A DNA stretch of 64,000 nt from Nitrospirota bacterium (GTDB lineage Bacteria; Nitrospirota; Nitrospiria; Nitrospirales; Nitrospiraceae): contig CAVPGK010000013.1 of assembly GCA_963703955.1 (NCBI GenBank), forward strand, positions 32,001 to 96,000, given 5' to 3'. The translations under genes and the position numbers were made by a program. Shown here piece by piece: positions 31,166 to 40,683 of the stretch. The first letter of the stretch is position 1, and each line of letters starts with the position of its first letter. Under the pieces are notes generated by a model, which saw only the letters and a list, made by a program, of their open reading frames with translations, was not told where the DNA came from and searched no databases.

Positions 31166-31522
31166 CTACTGCCGGTGTAGCTCCATGACCGGTCGTACCT
31201 CCATGCTTCCAATGCGCACCGATGGAAACTTCGAAGCCACCTGAATGGCCTCATTGAGGTCTCTCGCGTTGATGAGAAAGAATCCGCCAATCTGCTCCTT
31301 CGTCTCGGCGAAAGGACCATCGGTAACGGACACCTTCCCGTTCCGGACCCGCACGGTCGCGGCCATCTCAACCGGTTCGAGGGGCTCCGCCGCAATGAGG
31401 TGGCCACTCTTGTGGAGCGCCTCGCAGTAGGTCGAGGTTTCGCCCATGAGCGCCTCGCATTCGCTTTTGGACATGTCGGCAAACTTCTTCTCCTCGGTGC
31501 AACACATGAGCATAAATTTCAT
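31166..31522 (-). CDS. YciI/DGPF family protein
   Basis: 'MKFMLM', 'TDGPFAETKEQIGGFF'. Confidence 0.92.
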   Translation of the reverse strand: MKFMLMCCTEEKKFADMSKSECEALMGETSTYCEALHKSGHLIAAEPLEPVEMAATVRVRNGKVSVTDGPFAETKEQIGGFFLINARDLNEAIQVASKFPSVRIGSMEVRPVMELHRQ

Positions 31523-31586
31523 GGCTCGAAACCTCCGATCTGGGATGTGAAACGATCCGAACCTAAAACGCTGTTGACATAGGATA

Positions 31587-31612
31587 GTCGTCGAGGAGGG
31601 CCAAAATCGACA
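31587..31612 (-). promoter_or_regulatory. ECF42-type promoter TGTCGA-N16-CGAC
   Basis: Exact motif about 65 bp upstream of YciI ATG 31522. Confidence 0.75.
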
Positions 31613-31690
31613 GGGTCTCGCGTCATGGGAAGACTGGCATCGAGCGAAAAGCGTTAGGTCGGCAGGGCAGCAGGATTTCTGAGTGTAATG

Positions 31691-31734
31691 CTTGACAAGT
31701 TTTCGTAAGCGAGTGATAGTCCGCGCAGAATAGG
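31691..31734 (+). promoter_or_regulatory. Repeated sigma70-like promoter element, copy 1
   Basis: CTTGACAAGTTTTCGTAAGCGAGTGATAGTCCGCGCAGAATAGG (TTGACA-N17-GATAGT); near copies at 34254 and 36557. Confidence 0.65.
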
Positions 31735-31846
31735 ACTTCATTCAAGTTCAAGGCGAACCTCGGCTACCTCCCAAACTTCACCTGTGAAATCCACACGGTG
31801 AGAATGGGGGGTATGATCTTCTTCTAAATCGAGAAAGGTCCCGCTT

Positions 31847-32444
31847 ATGAAACAGTGTCCGGGAATTTTTTGTGAACACGTTGGTTGGCGGCTTGCTCGT
31901 CGTCGTTCCGATTTACCTCGCCGTTTTGCTGCTGCTCAAAGCCATGCAGTCGGTAGCGGGCCTGGTGCGGCCATTTGCGATGTTGCTCCCGGACTCGCTC
32001 CCCGCTGAGAATATCCTCTCTCTGCTCCTGGTGTTGAGTGTCTGTTTCCTCGTCGGTGTCGCCGTCCGCGCCCCAACGGGGCGAGCGATTCGGGAGCGCA
32101 TTGAGAAATCTCTGTTCGAAAGAATCCCCGGCTACGCACTCTTTCGGAGTTTGACCCAACGCCTGGCCGGCGAGAGTGACGAGAACGTGTGGCAGCCGGC
32201 GCTGGCCGAGATTGAGGATGCCCTCGTGCCGGCCTTCATCATTGAGGAGTTAGAGGACGGGCGCTTCACCGTCTTCGTCCCCTCGATCCCCACGCCCCTG
32301 GCTGGCGCCGTGTATGTCCTGAGCCGGGACCGCGTGCATCCCTTGGACGTCCCCTTCACGCAGGCTATCCAGACCGTCTCTCGGTGGGGGTCAGGGGCCA
32401 AAGATCTCGTGGCGGCGATGCAAACGGAGAAGACCGTAAAATAG
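31847..32444 (+). CDS. DUF502-like membrane protein (probable 1-bp frameshift just after ATG 31847)
   Basis: 'GGLLVVVPI', 'RIPGY', 'VFVPSIPTPLAG'; removing one base near 31856 gives MKQVREFFVNTL. Confidence 0.75.
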
Positions 32445-32597
32445 GACTCTAGTCGACTGTGTTCGGTAGTCCTTACGGAGTTGATCCAAAACGAAAGAAA
32501 TGTTGATACAGAATGGCATTGTCAATGCTGATCCCTCGCAAATCGAAATCGCAAATCTTCAACCGTCAATCAGTCATTCGAACGAAAAGAGGCGGTC

Positions 32598-33996
32598 ATG
32601 GTGAAATTTGCAGGGCGGTTTCGGGCATTGGCATTGCTGCTCTGTTGCATGGCCGCATGGGCGGGACAGGCGGCGGGGCAAGTGAAAGGAACCGCCACGT
32701 ACCGGGAGCGCATGGCACTCCCGCCCGACGCGGTGTTTGAAGCCACGCTGGAAGATGTCTCGAAAGCCGATGCCCCGGCCGAGGTGATTGGCCAGGCTCG
32801 CATCGAACGGCCCGGCAATCCGCCGATTCGGTTCGAGATCACCTACGACCCGTCACGCATCAATCCGCGCCACCGCTACGCGGTGCGGGCACGCATCCTC
32901 GTTGGCGGGAAGCTGTTCTTCACCACCGACCAGAGTTACCCAGTGCTCACCGGGGGGCAGGGCAACGAGGTGGCGCTGCTGTTGCGCCGGGCGGGCTTCT
33001 TCGGAGCCGGTTGGTGGAGGTGCTGGGCCCTTGGGGACACTGCCGGCGACGCTTTGCCGGCGATCTGCCCTGCGCCGATTGCCCCGGCATTCGCCATCAG
33101 TTGGAGCTGTTTCCAGGACCAGGCTTTCTTCCTGCGAATGACTTACCTTGGCAAGGGCGATGACGCCAGCTTCGATGACATCGGCAGCTGGACGGTTGCG
33201 AGCGATCGGCGCACGTTGGTGCTCTTCGGCGGCCGGGAGGCGCCGCTAAGGTTTGCCATCAAGGATGCCAACACGCTGCGCAAGCTGGACTTGGAGGGCC
33301 GCGAGATCGTCTCGTCCCTCAACTACGATTTGAAAAGGACCGAGGACCAGCAGGCCGCTGGAACCGCGGCTGCTCATGCGCGGGATGTACAAGTACTTCG
33401 CTGATGCCGGCCGGTTCACCGAGTGCCTGACCCGCAAGAACTGGCCGGTGGCACAGGAGCAGGACAACGCCGCGCTGGAATCCGCCTATTCCAAGGCGCG
33501 GCGCCAGCCCGGCGAGGAATTGCTGGTCAACCTGGAAGGTCGCGTGGCGATGCGGCCCAAGATGGAGGGCGAAGGGCAGCAACCCACGCTGGTGGTCGAG
33601 CGGTTCATCGGCGTCTGGCCCGGGGAAACCTGCGGGTCGCGGTTCTCCACCGAGCCGCTGGAAAACACCTACTGGAAGCTGACCCGCCTGGGCGACGCCG
33701 CCGGTAATTGTGGCTTCGCAGCAACGGGAACCGCATTTCATCCTCAACCCGGAGTCTCGGCGCGTAGCGGATCGGGTGGCTGCAACCGGCTGATGGGCAG
33801 CTACGAGCTGAATGGCGACAAGCTGACCTTCGGCCAGATGGCCGGCACCATGATGGCCTGTCCGGAAGGCATGGACACCGAGAAGGCATTCCTGGAGGCG
33901 CTGAAGCAAGTGAACAAGTGGAAGATCGTAGGACAACACCTCGAGCTGTTTGACGCGCCGGCAACCTGGTGGCCCGCTTTGAAGCCCGTCACATGA
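32598..33996 (+). pseudogene. YbaY + NlpE-like + META(HslJ) multidomain protein, several frameshifts
   Basis: YbaY 'GTATYRERMALPPDA', off-frame 'LPCADCPGIRHQLEL', 'RGMYKYFADA', META 'GSGGCNR...TMMAC'; frame jumps near 33000, 33050, 33110, 33350, 33700. Confidence 0.8.
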
Positions 33997-34050
33997 AGTA
34001 ACCGCTTCACTTGTTTTCCTACGATCCTGTCATCGCGAAGGAGGGCACGC

Positions 34051-34199
34051 ATGAGTCCTCAGGCGCCGGTGTCTGCCTGGGTTTGGTGGCATTGGCGACG
34101 GTCGGATGCGCCGGACCCTTGCTCGGGCCGCTGAGCATTCCCACCGCCCGCTTCGACTACAACGAAGCGATCTCGCACTCCTAAGACGAGCAGTTGCTG
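34051..34199 (+). pseudogene. 5' remnant of a lipoprotein gene
   Basis: 'LGLVALATVGCAGPLLGPLSIPTARFDYNEAISHS*DEQLL': lipobox, in-frame TAA, then truncation. Confidence 0.45.
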
Positions 34200-34253
34200 C
34201 GACGAAGTTCGACCTCCGAACTATCAGGCGGCAGGAGTCCCGCGAAATGTCTA

Positions 34254-34286
34254 CTTGACAAGTTTTCGTAACTGAGTGATAGTCCG
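34254..34286 (+). promoter_or_regulatory. Repeated sigma70-like promoter element, copy 2
   Basis: CTTGACAAGTTTTCGTAACTGAGTGATAGTCCG, about 60 bp upstream of SnoaL gene. Confidence 0.65.
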
Positions 34287-34346
34287 CCCGCGCTGCGGTA
34301 GGAGGTTCCCCCTGGAATCAATCCACAGGATTGGAGGTCATCAAAC

Positions 34347-34766
34347 GTGGGAATCCCGACGCATGAGCAGTTGGATAAAGTCGTCAACGACCACTTCATC
34401 TACGAGATAACCGACGACATCGACGGCGTGCTTCGGACGTTTACGGACACTGCCGAGCATGAAGTCATCGGTGGACCGGATGGCCCTCTGCGGGGGAAGG
34501 CTGCGCTGCGCCGCTTCTACGAACGCCTATTCCCGGACCTCAAGGGAGAGCGCGTTGAGCCCGTGATGCGTCTCTACGCGGACGATTTTGTCATTGACGA
34601 GACCATTTGGATCGGCCATGTGGTCGATGGACGTCCGTTCAAACTGGACGGCAGGAGCGGAAAGGTTCGTGTCCGACTCCTGCACGTCTTTAAGGTGCGC
34701 AACGGACTTATTGCAAAGGAGAATGTTTGGTTCGACTTCGATGCGCTCAAGCGTCAGCTCGTCTAA
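34347..34766 (+). CDS. SnoaL-like / ester cyclase (NTF2 fold) protein
   Basis: GGAGG RBS with GTG start; 'DIDGVLRTF', 'RLLHVF..RNGLIAKENVWFD'. Confidence 0.85.
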   Translation: MGIPTHEQLDKVVNDHFIYEITDDIDGVLRTFTDTAEHEVIGGPDGPLRGKAALRRFYERLFPDLKGERVEPVMRLYADDFVIDETIWIGHVVDGRPFKLDGRSGKVRVRLLHVFKVRNGLIAKENVWFDFDALKRQLV

Positions 34767-34784
34767 TCGGGCCGGAGCCTGACA

Positions 34785-35736
34785 ATGGCCGATGCATTTT
34801 TTACCTTTCACGGCCAGACGCGCGCTGTTACATCTATTCGCCGTGATGCGAACGGTCAGGCACAATCGCTTAATGCTTCCATCTCCGACGGCGATACGAT
34901 CGGTGTTCATGTCGAGGGTAGTGGATCTGTCCGTTTTCTCGGCATCGACAGTCCCGAAAAATCTTTCCAACTGCCTGGCTCGTCAGCGACTCGCCGTCTC
35001 GATTCAGCGGAATGGGAAACCTATCTCACCGATCCGTTTCTCCCGCACTTTGGCCCATTTGATCTCGACGAGCATCTCGTCGGCCACTTGCGCAGCCGCA
35101 TCGGACCTGGGGCGGGCGTGAACCATCGGCTCTTCGCCGACAATGCCGAGCAAGCGCTGATCGCGCTGGTTCAGTCCGACATGACCGCCCTCGGACAGAA
35201 CCTGAATACGTTCGGGTACTTCCTTGCCTTCTCGTTCGAGGTATTCGATGGGTTCGGGCGCTTCCTTGCTTTCATTAACAGAAACCAACCTGACGCCAAT
35301 ACACGGGCCCCTTTCCTACAATGAGCGGATGCTCGAAAAAGGCGCGGCTCTGCCGTATTTCATCTGGCCGAACATCGATCCATTCCGTGCCTCGTCTCTT
35401 CTCGATGCGGTCATGGCTCCCGGAACTGCGAATCAAGTTGCCGAGGCGACTCCGGCTCTGAGCCGGGCTCGCAACTTCGTCCGCCAAGCCCGCACGAACG
35501 GACTTGGCGTCTTCAGCCCAGCAAATCCGCTCCGCTTTGAGGCTTTCGAGGTGCGCTATTTGGGTCGGCGCGAGCCGCCCAATCGGGCCGTTATTGATTT
35601 GAACCGCAATGACGACGTGGTTCGTCGACCGCAGAGCTACTTTCGCATTCCCAATCCGGAAGACAGACTGTTCATCCCTCTTCCATTCGTTCCGCTCTTT
35701 GTCTCTCGTGGATGGCGACTCGAAGGTTGGTTCTAA
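34785..35736 (+). CDS. Staphylococcal nuclease (thermonuclease)-like protein, frameshift near 35305
   Basis: 'ISDGDTI', 'VRFLGIDSPEK', 'DGFGRFLAFI' in one frame and 'SYNERMLEKGAALPY...AR..GLGVF' in the next. Confidence 0.75.
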
Positions 35737-35858
35737 GTAAGCTAGCTTGGGGCCTAGGAACGAGTCGCGGAGGAATCTCCTCGAGGACCCTTCCGTGCCT
35801 AACAAAACGCTGTTCCCGGCGAGTTAGCTTGCTCGTCTAACCGGGGCAGGGAGCTTTT

Positions 35859-36404
35859 TCACTCCTTCCGTTCTTGGTGATCTCCTCCACGATACAGGTG
35901 TTGAGGCATCCTGCTGCATGAAACTTCGCACCTTGTTGCCACATCTGAGCTAAGAGCGCCTTGCCTTTCAGGGTCGATGAAGGTCACCCCTGTGAGATCG
36001 ACCAGCAAAAATAGACAGGCGGACTGGACACCGATGTCTCTGAGTGCCGCCATCCCCATCGTGAACCGAGTTTCCTCGGCTAGAGACGGAATAATCAACG
36101 GTTGTTGGTGGGCCCATACCCAGCCACTAGAGGACTCCTCGATCGGGAGTTCGAGCCCATCGAGCCGGATCGCGAGGCGGTGCGCCGCTACTGTTTCCAA
36201 TACGTGGACCTTCATCATATTCCTTGCGGGATCATGAAGGATCAAGCCGATAAAGTCGAACGCAGCGACGGCAGGAAGGCACTGTGCGAGATCCCGAAAC
36301 AGCGATGAAAGGTCGCGGCTGGTTGCGATGGATTCCGAGACCTCCAGCAGAGCTTGATACTGCTCTGCTAGAGTCTCAGAGAGAGGCACAGAATGTCTAT
36401 TCAT
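35859..36404 (-). pseudogene. Deletion fusion: N-terminal GAF of an FhlA-like sigma54 activator joined to the C-terminus of a small STAS-like protein
   Basis: 'QYQALLEVSESIA..RDLSSLFRDLA' GAF start, abrupt switch to 'LLVDLTGVTFIDPE' and off-frame 'KALLAQMWQQGAKFHAAGCLNTCIVEEI'. Confidence 0.7.
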
Positions 36405-36491
36405 AGGGTCCTCAGTATGCGCCTTTGGTCGTGCCCGCTCAAGTGGGGCCCGGCCTCCGATTCGGACTTGAAAGGCTGTTTGCTCAAGATA

Positions 36492-36600
36492 GTCGTCGAG
36501 CAAGTCCAAAATCGACCAGGGTTCTCCCTGGCACAGCGGGCTGAGGGAATAAAATCCTTGACAATATTTCGTTAGCGAGTGATATTCCGCGCAGAATAGG
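36492..36600. promoter_or_regulatory. Divergent promoter module copy: GGTCGA-N16-CGAC (minus) plus sigma70-like element copy 3 (plus)
   Basis: Similar to 31580-31734: GATAGTCGTCGAG...CCAAAATCGAC and CTTGACAATATTTCGTTAGCGAGTGATATTCCGCGCAGAATAGG. Confidence 0.65.
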
Positions 36601-36862
36601 GTTTCGCTTGGATAGGCGAGCTGCCGTGTCTAGGCTGGTAGGATCATGGTCGCCCCAGCCGACCGCCGTCAGTGACGGTTGGCGGCATGGCGTTGGGCAG
36701 CATTGGCTCAGCTCGCAGTATTCTACGCCTGCTTGATCCAGACGCCGCTACACGATTACCCAATCACTCGGCATGGTCTGCCCAGCATGGACAGGTACGA
36801 TGTGTGAAGCAGTACTCCCACCGCTGCCGCAGAATGGAGCAGCAAGATGAATTGCGCCTAAC

Positions 36863-38164
36863 ATGCATGATCATGCACCCAGGTCTGTGCTCATGGTCTT
36901 GGCTTTGTCAGCCTGCTTGACCGTTTTGACCGCCGACTTGTCCTCCACTTGGGCGGCAACGACGCTCGGAGACATTACGTTTCCAGATATCCCACCCCGA
37001 CCACTTCCCTTGCGTTCGGTTTCGTCTGAGCCTGGATCCTTGAGATACCTATGGGAAAATGCGGGCGTTAGCTTCGGTGCCATTGCTCAGCCCGAGGATG
37101 GCATCGCTGTGGCGAAGCTCGAATACCGGCCAACAGCTCCGAACGGGGAGCGACTAGCTGTCCACCTTCGTACCGCACAGGGAACAGAGGCGACAGCTAC
37201 TGCCCGACTTTATGATTGGCAACTCATTCCAATTGCCAACCTGGTAATGGATGATGCCAACGGACTGGTCACACTATTTGGAAAACTCGAGGATGACAAG
37301 AAGACGAAGGAAGCCCGTGAAAGGGGCGACCTCATCGTAAACTTGCATCCCAATCTTGCCGATACGCTCCTCGGTCTGCGTCTTATTCAGGCGGATATGC
37401 TGATGCTTTTTAGTAACGATCCTGAAAAAAGAGATAGAATTGCTCGCGCCATCTGTTTCGATTTGCCCAAGGAGAGCGGGAAGTATCTGTTAGGGGAAGG
37501 AGAGGCTGTCCCGGATCAAGCGGCAAATCAGACCAACTACATGCGGCTCAAACAACAGGTAAAGAAGCTCGAAGATCAACACGGGCCGTATCGGTCTTTT
37601 CTTATCTCAGATGAGTTTCAGACCGTTTCCTTTAGCAATAAGAGCGGATATCTAGAACTGACAGGATACCCGCGTTGGTGGTTCTGGCGTTTGCCTTCCG
37701 ACAATGAGGCAACACTGTCACGTCTAGCCAAGGACCTGTCAGAAAAGGCTGTAGCCCAACTCGATGAGCAGCTTAAGAGGGATATTGATGGGCATTTCTC
37801 CGGCAAGTATACCCCGACCAACAAGCGCAAGCGGGTTTCGGAAATCTATGAACGGTTGTGGGATCAAGCTGTCGCTCCTGGACCCCACACCCTGCCCGAG
37901 TTTCTGAATGAATGGACGGCCGAAGTTTCGAAGGGTATGCGCGATGCAGATGGTATCAACCCTGCAGTTTATCGAGCTCTGGTCAGCACGATGCGCTATC
38001 GAGCGTTCTTTCGTTACGTCAAGAACGTTTCGCCCGAAACCTATGCGACCTTTGTACGTTCGCTGCCAAACCAAAAGACGACCAAAACACTTGTAACACC
38101 AACTGTCATACCACTGGGAGATATTTTGAGAAAGGCCGCGGGTTCATTAGAGAGAAGCAAATGA
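36863..38164 (+). CDS. Hypothetical secreted protein
   Basis: 433-aa ORF with N-terminal hydrophobic signal ('VLMVLALSACLTVLTA'); no recognised domain. Confidence 0.75.
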   Translation: MHDHAPRSVLMVLALSACLTVLTADLSSTWAATTLGDITFPDIPPRPLPLRSVSSEPGSLRYLWENAGVSFGAIAQPEDGIAVAKLEYRPTAPNGERLAVHLRTAQGTEATATARLYDWQLIPIANLVMDDANGLVTLFGKLEDDKKTKEARERGDLIVNLHPNLADTLLGLRLIQADMLMLFSNDPEKRDRIARAICFDLPKESGKYLLGEGEAVPDQAANQTNYMRLKQQVKKLEDQHGPYRSFLISDEFQTVSFSNKSGYLELTGYPRWWFWRLPSDNEATLSRLAKDLSEKAVAQLDEQLKRDIDGHFSGKYTPTNKRKRVSEIYERLWDQAVAPGPHTLPEFLNEWTAEVSKGMRDADGINPAVYRALVSTMRYRAFFRYVKNVSPETYATFVRSLPNQKTTKTLVTPTVIPLGDILRKAAGSLERSK

Positions 38165-39751
38165 CTCCGGATTAGGACCTTCGTGAGTTTCTCGAGTAAG
38201 AATCATCCCTTTATTCGGCGCTTGCTTGCGAGGTTGTCCGACCAAGGATTGAATCCGTGGGACTATTCCGCGGAGGGACAGGAAATTCCCGCGGGAAAGG
38301 CCATCGCGCACGCGCTGGTCGAAAAGATCGCTCAAGCGGATCTGTTTCTGCCCGTCGTGTCTTCTCAAAGTTGCTCATCTCGTCACTGTCGAGATGAAAT
38401 AAAGCATGCATTGGATCGGCTCCAACATGCGCCTCTCGTCATTGTGCCGTTAGTCGATGCTGTTGTGGCACAAAAGAAATGGCCAGCGGAATATAACCGG
38501 TTACAGAGGTTGGGTTTGCGATACTGCCTCGTTCACCTGGAAGAGCCGCTACAGGTCGAAGGGCCATTGCAGGAGATCTGTCAACAAATCAATACGCCGT
38601 ACCACCCTCCGCTGAACGAGGTGGAAAACTTTCCATTCATGTTGAGGCTCCACCAGGAGTTAAAGGATAAGATACCGAACAGAAAGGGAAGAGAGGGACG
38701 AGAGAACAGCGTTTTTCGCCAGCTCATGAGTGCCCAAAACGAGTTTGTGAAGGCGATGAAGGGCAGGAGCTTTGACAAAGCCTCGGAATATGTGGAGCAT
38801 ATCATCCAGACGTGCAAATTTGAGTTCCCCGACACCCATTTCTACTTTCCCTATATTGCGAAGGCTGTTTGCCAGATCTCTTGTGGGCGGCTCGACGAAG
38901 CGGAAGCGACTCTGGTGCCTCTGCTCCATAGCCCACTGCTGGACGAAAACGTCTTCGGAGCCTTAGGTCACATCAGGAGTCGGCAAGGTCGATATCGGGA
39001 GGCAATGCAGGCCTACCAGGAGGCGTTCCGGCGAGATCCGCACGACCTGGCTGCCTTGTATGGGGAAGTTATGAATGCTTTATTTTGCGGGGAAACTCGA
39101 GACTATGAAATAATGCGTGCTCGAATTGAGTCGTTATCGCCTGATGAAAAATACCCGCACCACAAATTGAAGGCCTTGCTCGCACTTCTTCTGATTACTA
39201 AGGGACGCCACGAAGAAGCCGAGCGGCTATTTCATGAGATCACCGACAGGCCGGAGGCCATGGTTGGTGCAGTCGTGCATTGGGCGGAGAGCCTTGTAAG
39301 GCAGGGCAAGGCTGGTGAGGCCTTAACAATGTTGGATGGGTTCTGGGACCGGCTCAACCATGACGCTGCCTATCTTGAGGAAGTGGCCTTAGTCGCACAT
39401 TCTGTTAAAAACCTTGAACGGTCTCTGCAGGTACTGGATATTCTCGCAGCTCGATATCCAACTAACCGGAGACACGTTGCCAGTAAGGCGGCCGTGCTCT
39501 GGTATCTAGGAAGAAGGGAGAGTGCCCGTGCGCTAGCAGAGCAAGTCCTGGACAACCGCCGGTATCCCCCGCCAAGAACGCAACAAGACTTCTACTACAA
39601 TGGCCTGGCCAATTGGTTTCTCAAACGGCGTGACAGAGCCAACTATGATTTTGATTTTTCCGGAAAAGCTCAAAACCATCATTACTCATGCATGTTTCCC
39701 AATGGTGCCCCAGCGAAGTCGACAAAGAGCAGGGTAGCAAGGAGGCGGTGA
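38161..39751 (+). CDS. TIR-domain + TPR protein (probable 1-bp insertion just after ATG 38161, or GTG start at 38183)
   Basis: Corrected N-terminus MTPIRTFVSFSS, 'LNPWDYS', 'ADLFLPVVS', 'SRHCRDEIKHAL' with catalytic-position Glu; TPRs 'LGHIRSRQGRYREAMQAYQEAFRRDP'. Confidence 0.8.
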
Positions 39752-40146
39752 TGATAAGTTTTTTCGAAGAGGGTCGTCATGCTGGTCGCTCGCCCACCCT
39801 TGTGGGCATTCTCGCCACAATGCTCGTTAGCTTGGTGGTGGAAATTCCCATGCCGAGGGTTGTGGAAGCCGCGGGGGCACCGTCATCACGAGGGGCGCAG
39901 AAAGGTAAGTTTTCCGGGCCTGGACAGGGAGGTCATCCTGGGCCGATAGGTCATCCAATTGGGCCGATAAGTCATCCAAATCCTTCGGTTCGATCCAACG
40001 TGAAAGAGATGCGGGGATTCTATAGGGAGATGGGCTTAAAGGAAGCGCAGAGAAAAGTCATGGGCGCGGGCTATAATGAGCTCATGGCCGGCCTCTTCGA
40101 TCCGCCCAAGAGCATTCCTCACGAATATGATTACATATTCAAGTAA
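39748..40146 (+). CDS. Hypothetical membrane/secreted protein, possibly truncated
   Basis: AGGAGG RBS, GTGA overlap with TIR gene stop, hydrophobic segment, 'GHPGPIGHPIGPISHP' repeat. Confidence 0.5.
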   Translation: MMISFFEEGRHAGRSPTLVGILATMLVSLVVEIPMPRVVEAAGAPSSRGAQKGKFSGPGQGGHPGPIGHPIGPISHPNPSVRSNVKEMRGFYREMGLKEAQRKVMGAGYNELMAGLFDPPKSIPHEYDYIFK

Positions 40147-40174
40147 ACCGGTGTTCAGGAGTCACAATGAAATG

Positions 40175-40252
40175 TTCGCTCAACCGACGCTCCAGAGACC
40201 GCCGTTCCGGCTCCTGCTGCGTGATGGTCAGGGCGCGCTGGTAGGAGCTTCG
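40175..40252 (-). pseudogene. 3' fragment of an ECF42-type sigma paralog
   Basis: '[24 protein letters not shown]' matches C-terminus '[24 protein letters not shown]' of 47395-48660. Confidence 0.7.
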
Positions 40253-40418
40253 GGGTTGAGACAGCGGATTACTGATCATCAAATCAAGATTGCGCTCGAA
40301 CATCAACGTACTATTCCTGATCAGCCTCATCCGGCATTGGGAAGTCGAGATCAAAGCTTGGGAGTACACTGTTAAGAATTTGGAGCGACGGCTGAAGAAA
40401 GGGAAACGCCATGATTAA
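40253..40418 (+). pseudogene. 5'-truncated, frameshifted small helical protein
   Basis: 'GLRQRITDHQIKIALEHQRTIPD' then shifted frame 'LIRHWEVEIKAWEYTVKNLERRLKKGKRHD*', overlapping the next gene start. Confidence 0.5.
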
Positions 40419-40683
40419 GAAACGAGGGCAGTCAACTGTTGCTGAAGCGCGTTCCTTCCTCATGCCATCGAATTCTCTACTGGATAATCACTTTGATGAA
40501 ATTCTTGAGACGATCGAGGAGATTAGGGGACTTGTCGCGATCTTGAAATCTCTTTCGTCTGGGGATGAGAAACGAGACGAGTATGAAGGACGACTCTACG
40601 TGGCTCTGACCCACCTCGACCACCATGTTAAACCGGCCATCAAGGAGTGGGGCGGCGTCGTAGATCGTATGCCCAATGACTGA
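40411..40683 (+). CDS. Small acidic hypothetical protein
   Basis: 90-aa helical ORF overlapping the preceding remnant. Confidence 0.55.
   Translation: MIKKRGQSTVAEARSFLMPSNSLLDNHFDEILETIEEIRGLVAILKSLSSGDEKRDEYEGRLYVALTHLDHHVKPAIKEWGGVVDRMPND

Noticed and set aside
31691..36600. Repeated elements considered as a CRISPR array
   Set aside because: Copies are kilobases apart with genes between them, and no cas genes are present
36863..39751. Assignment to Thoeris, CBASS or Avs
   Set aside because: No ThsA (SIR2/macro), cyclase or STAND NTPase motifs seen
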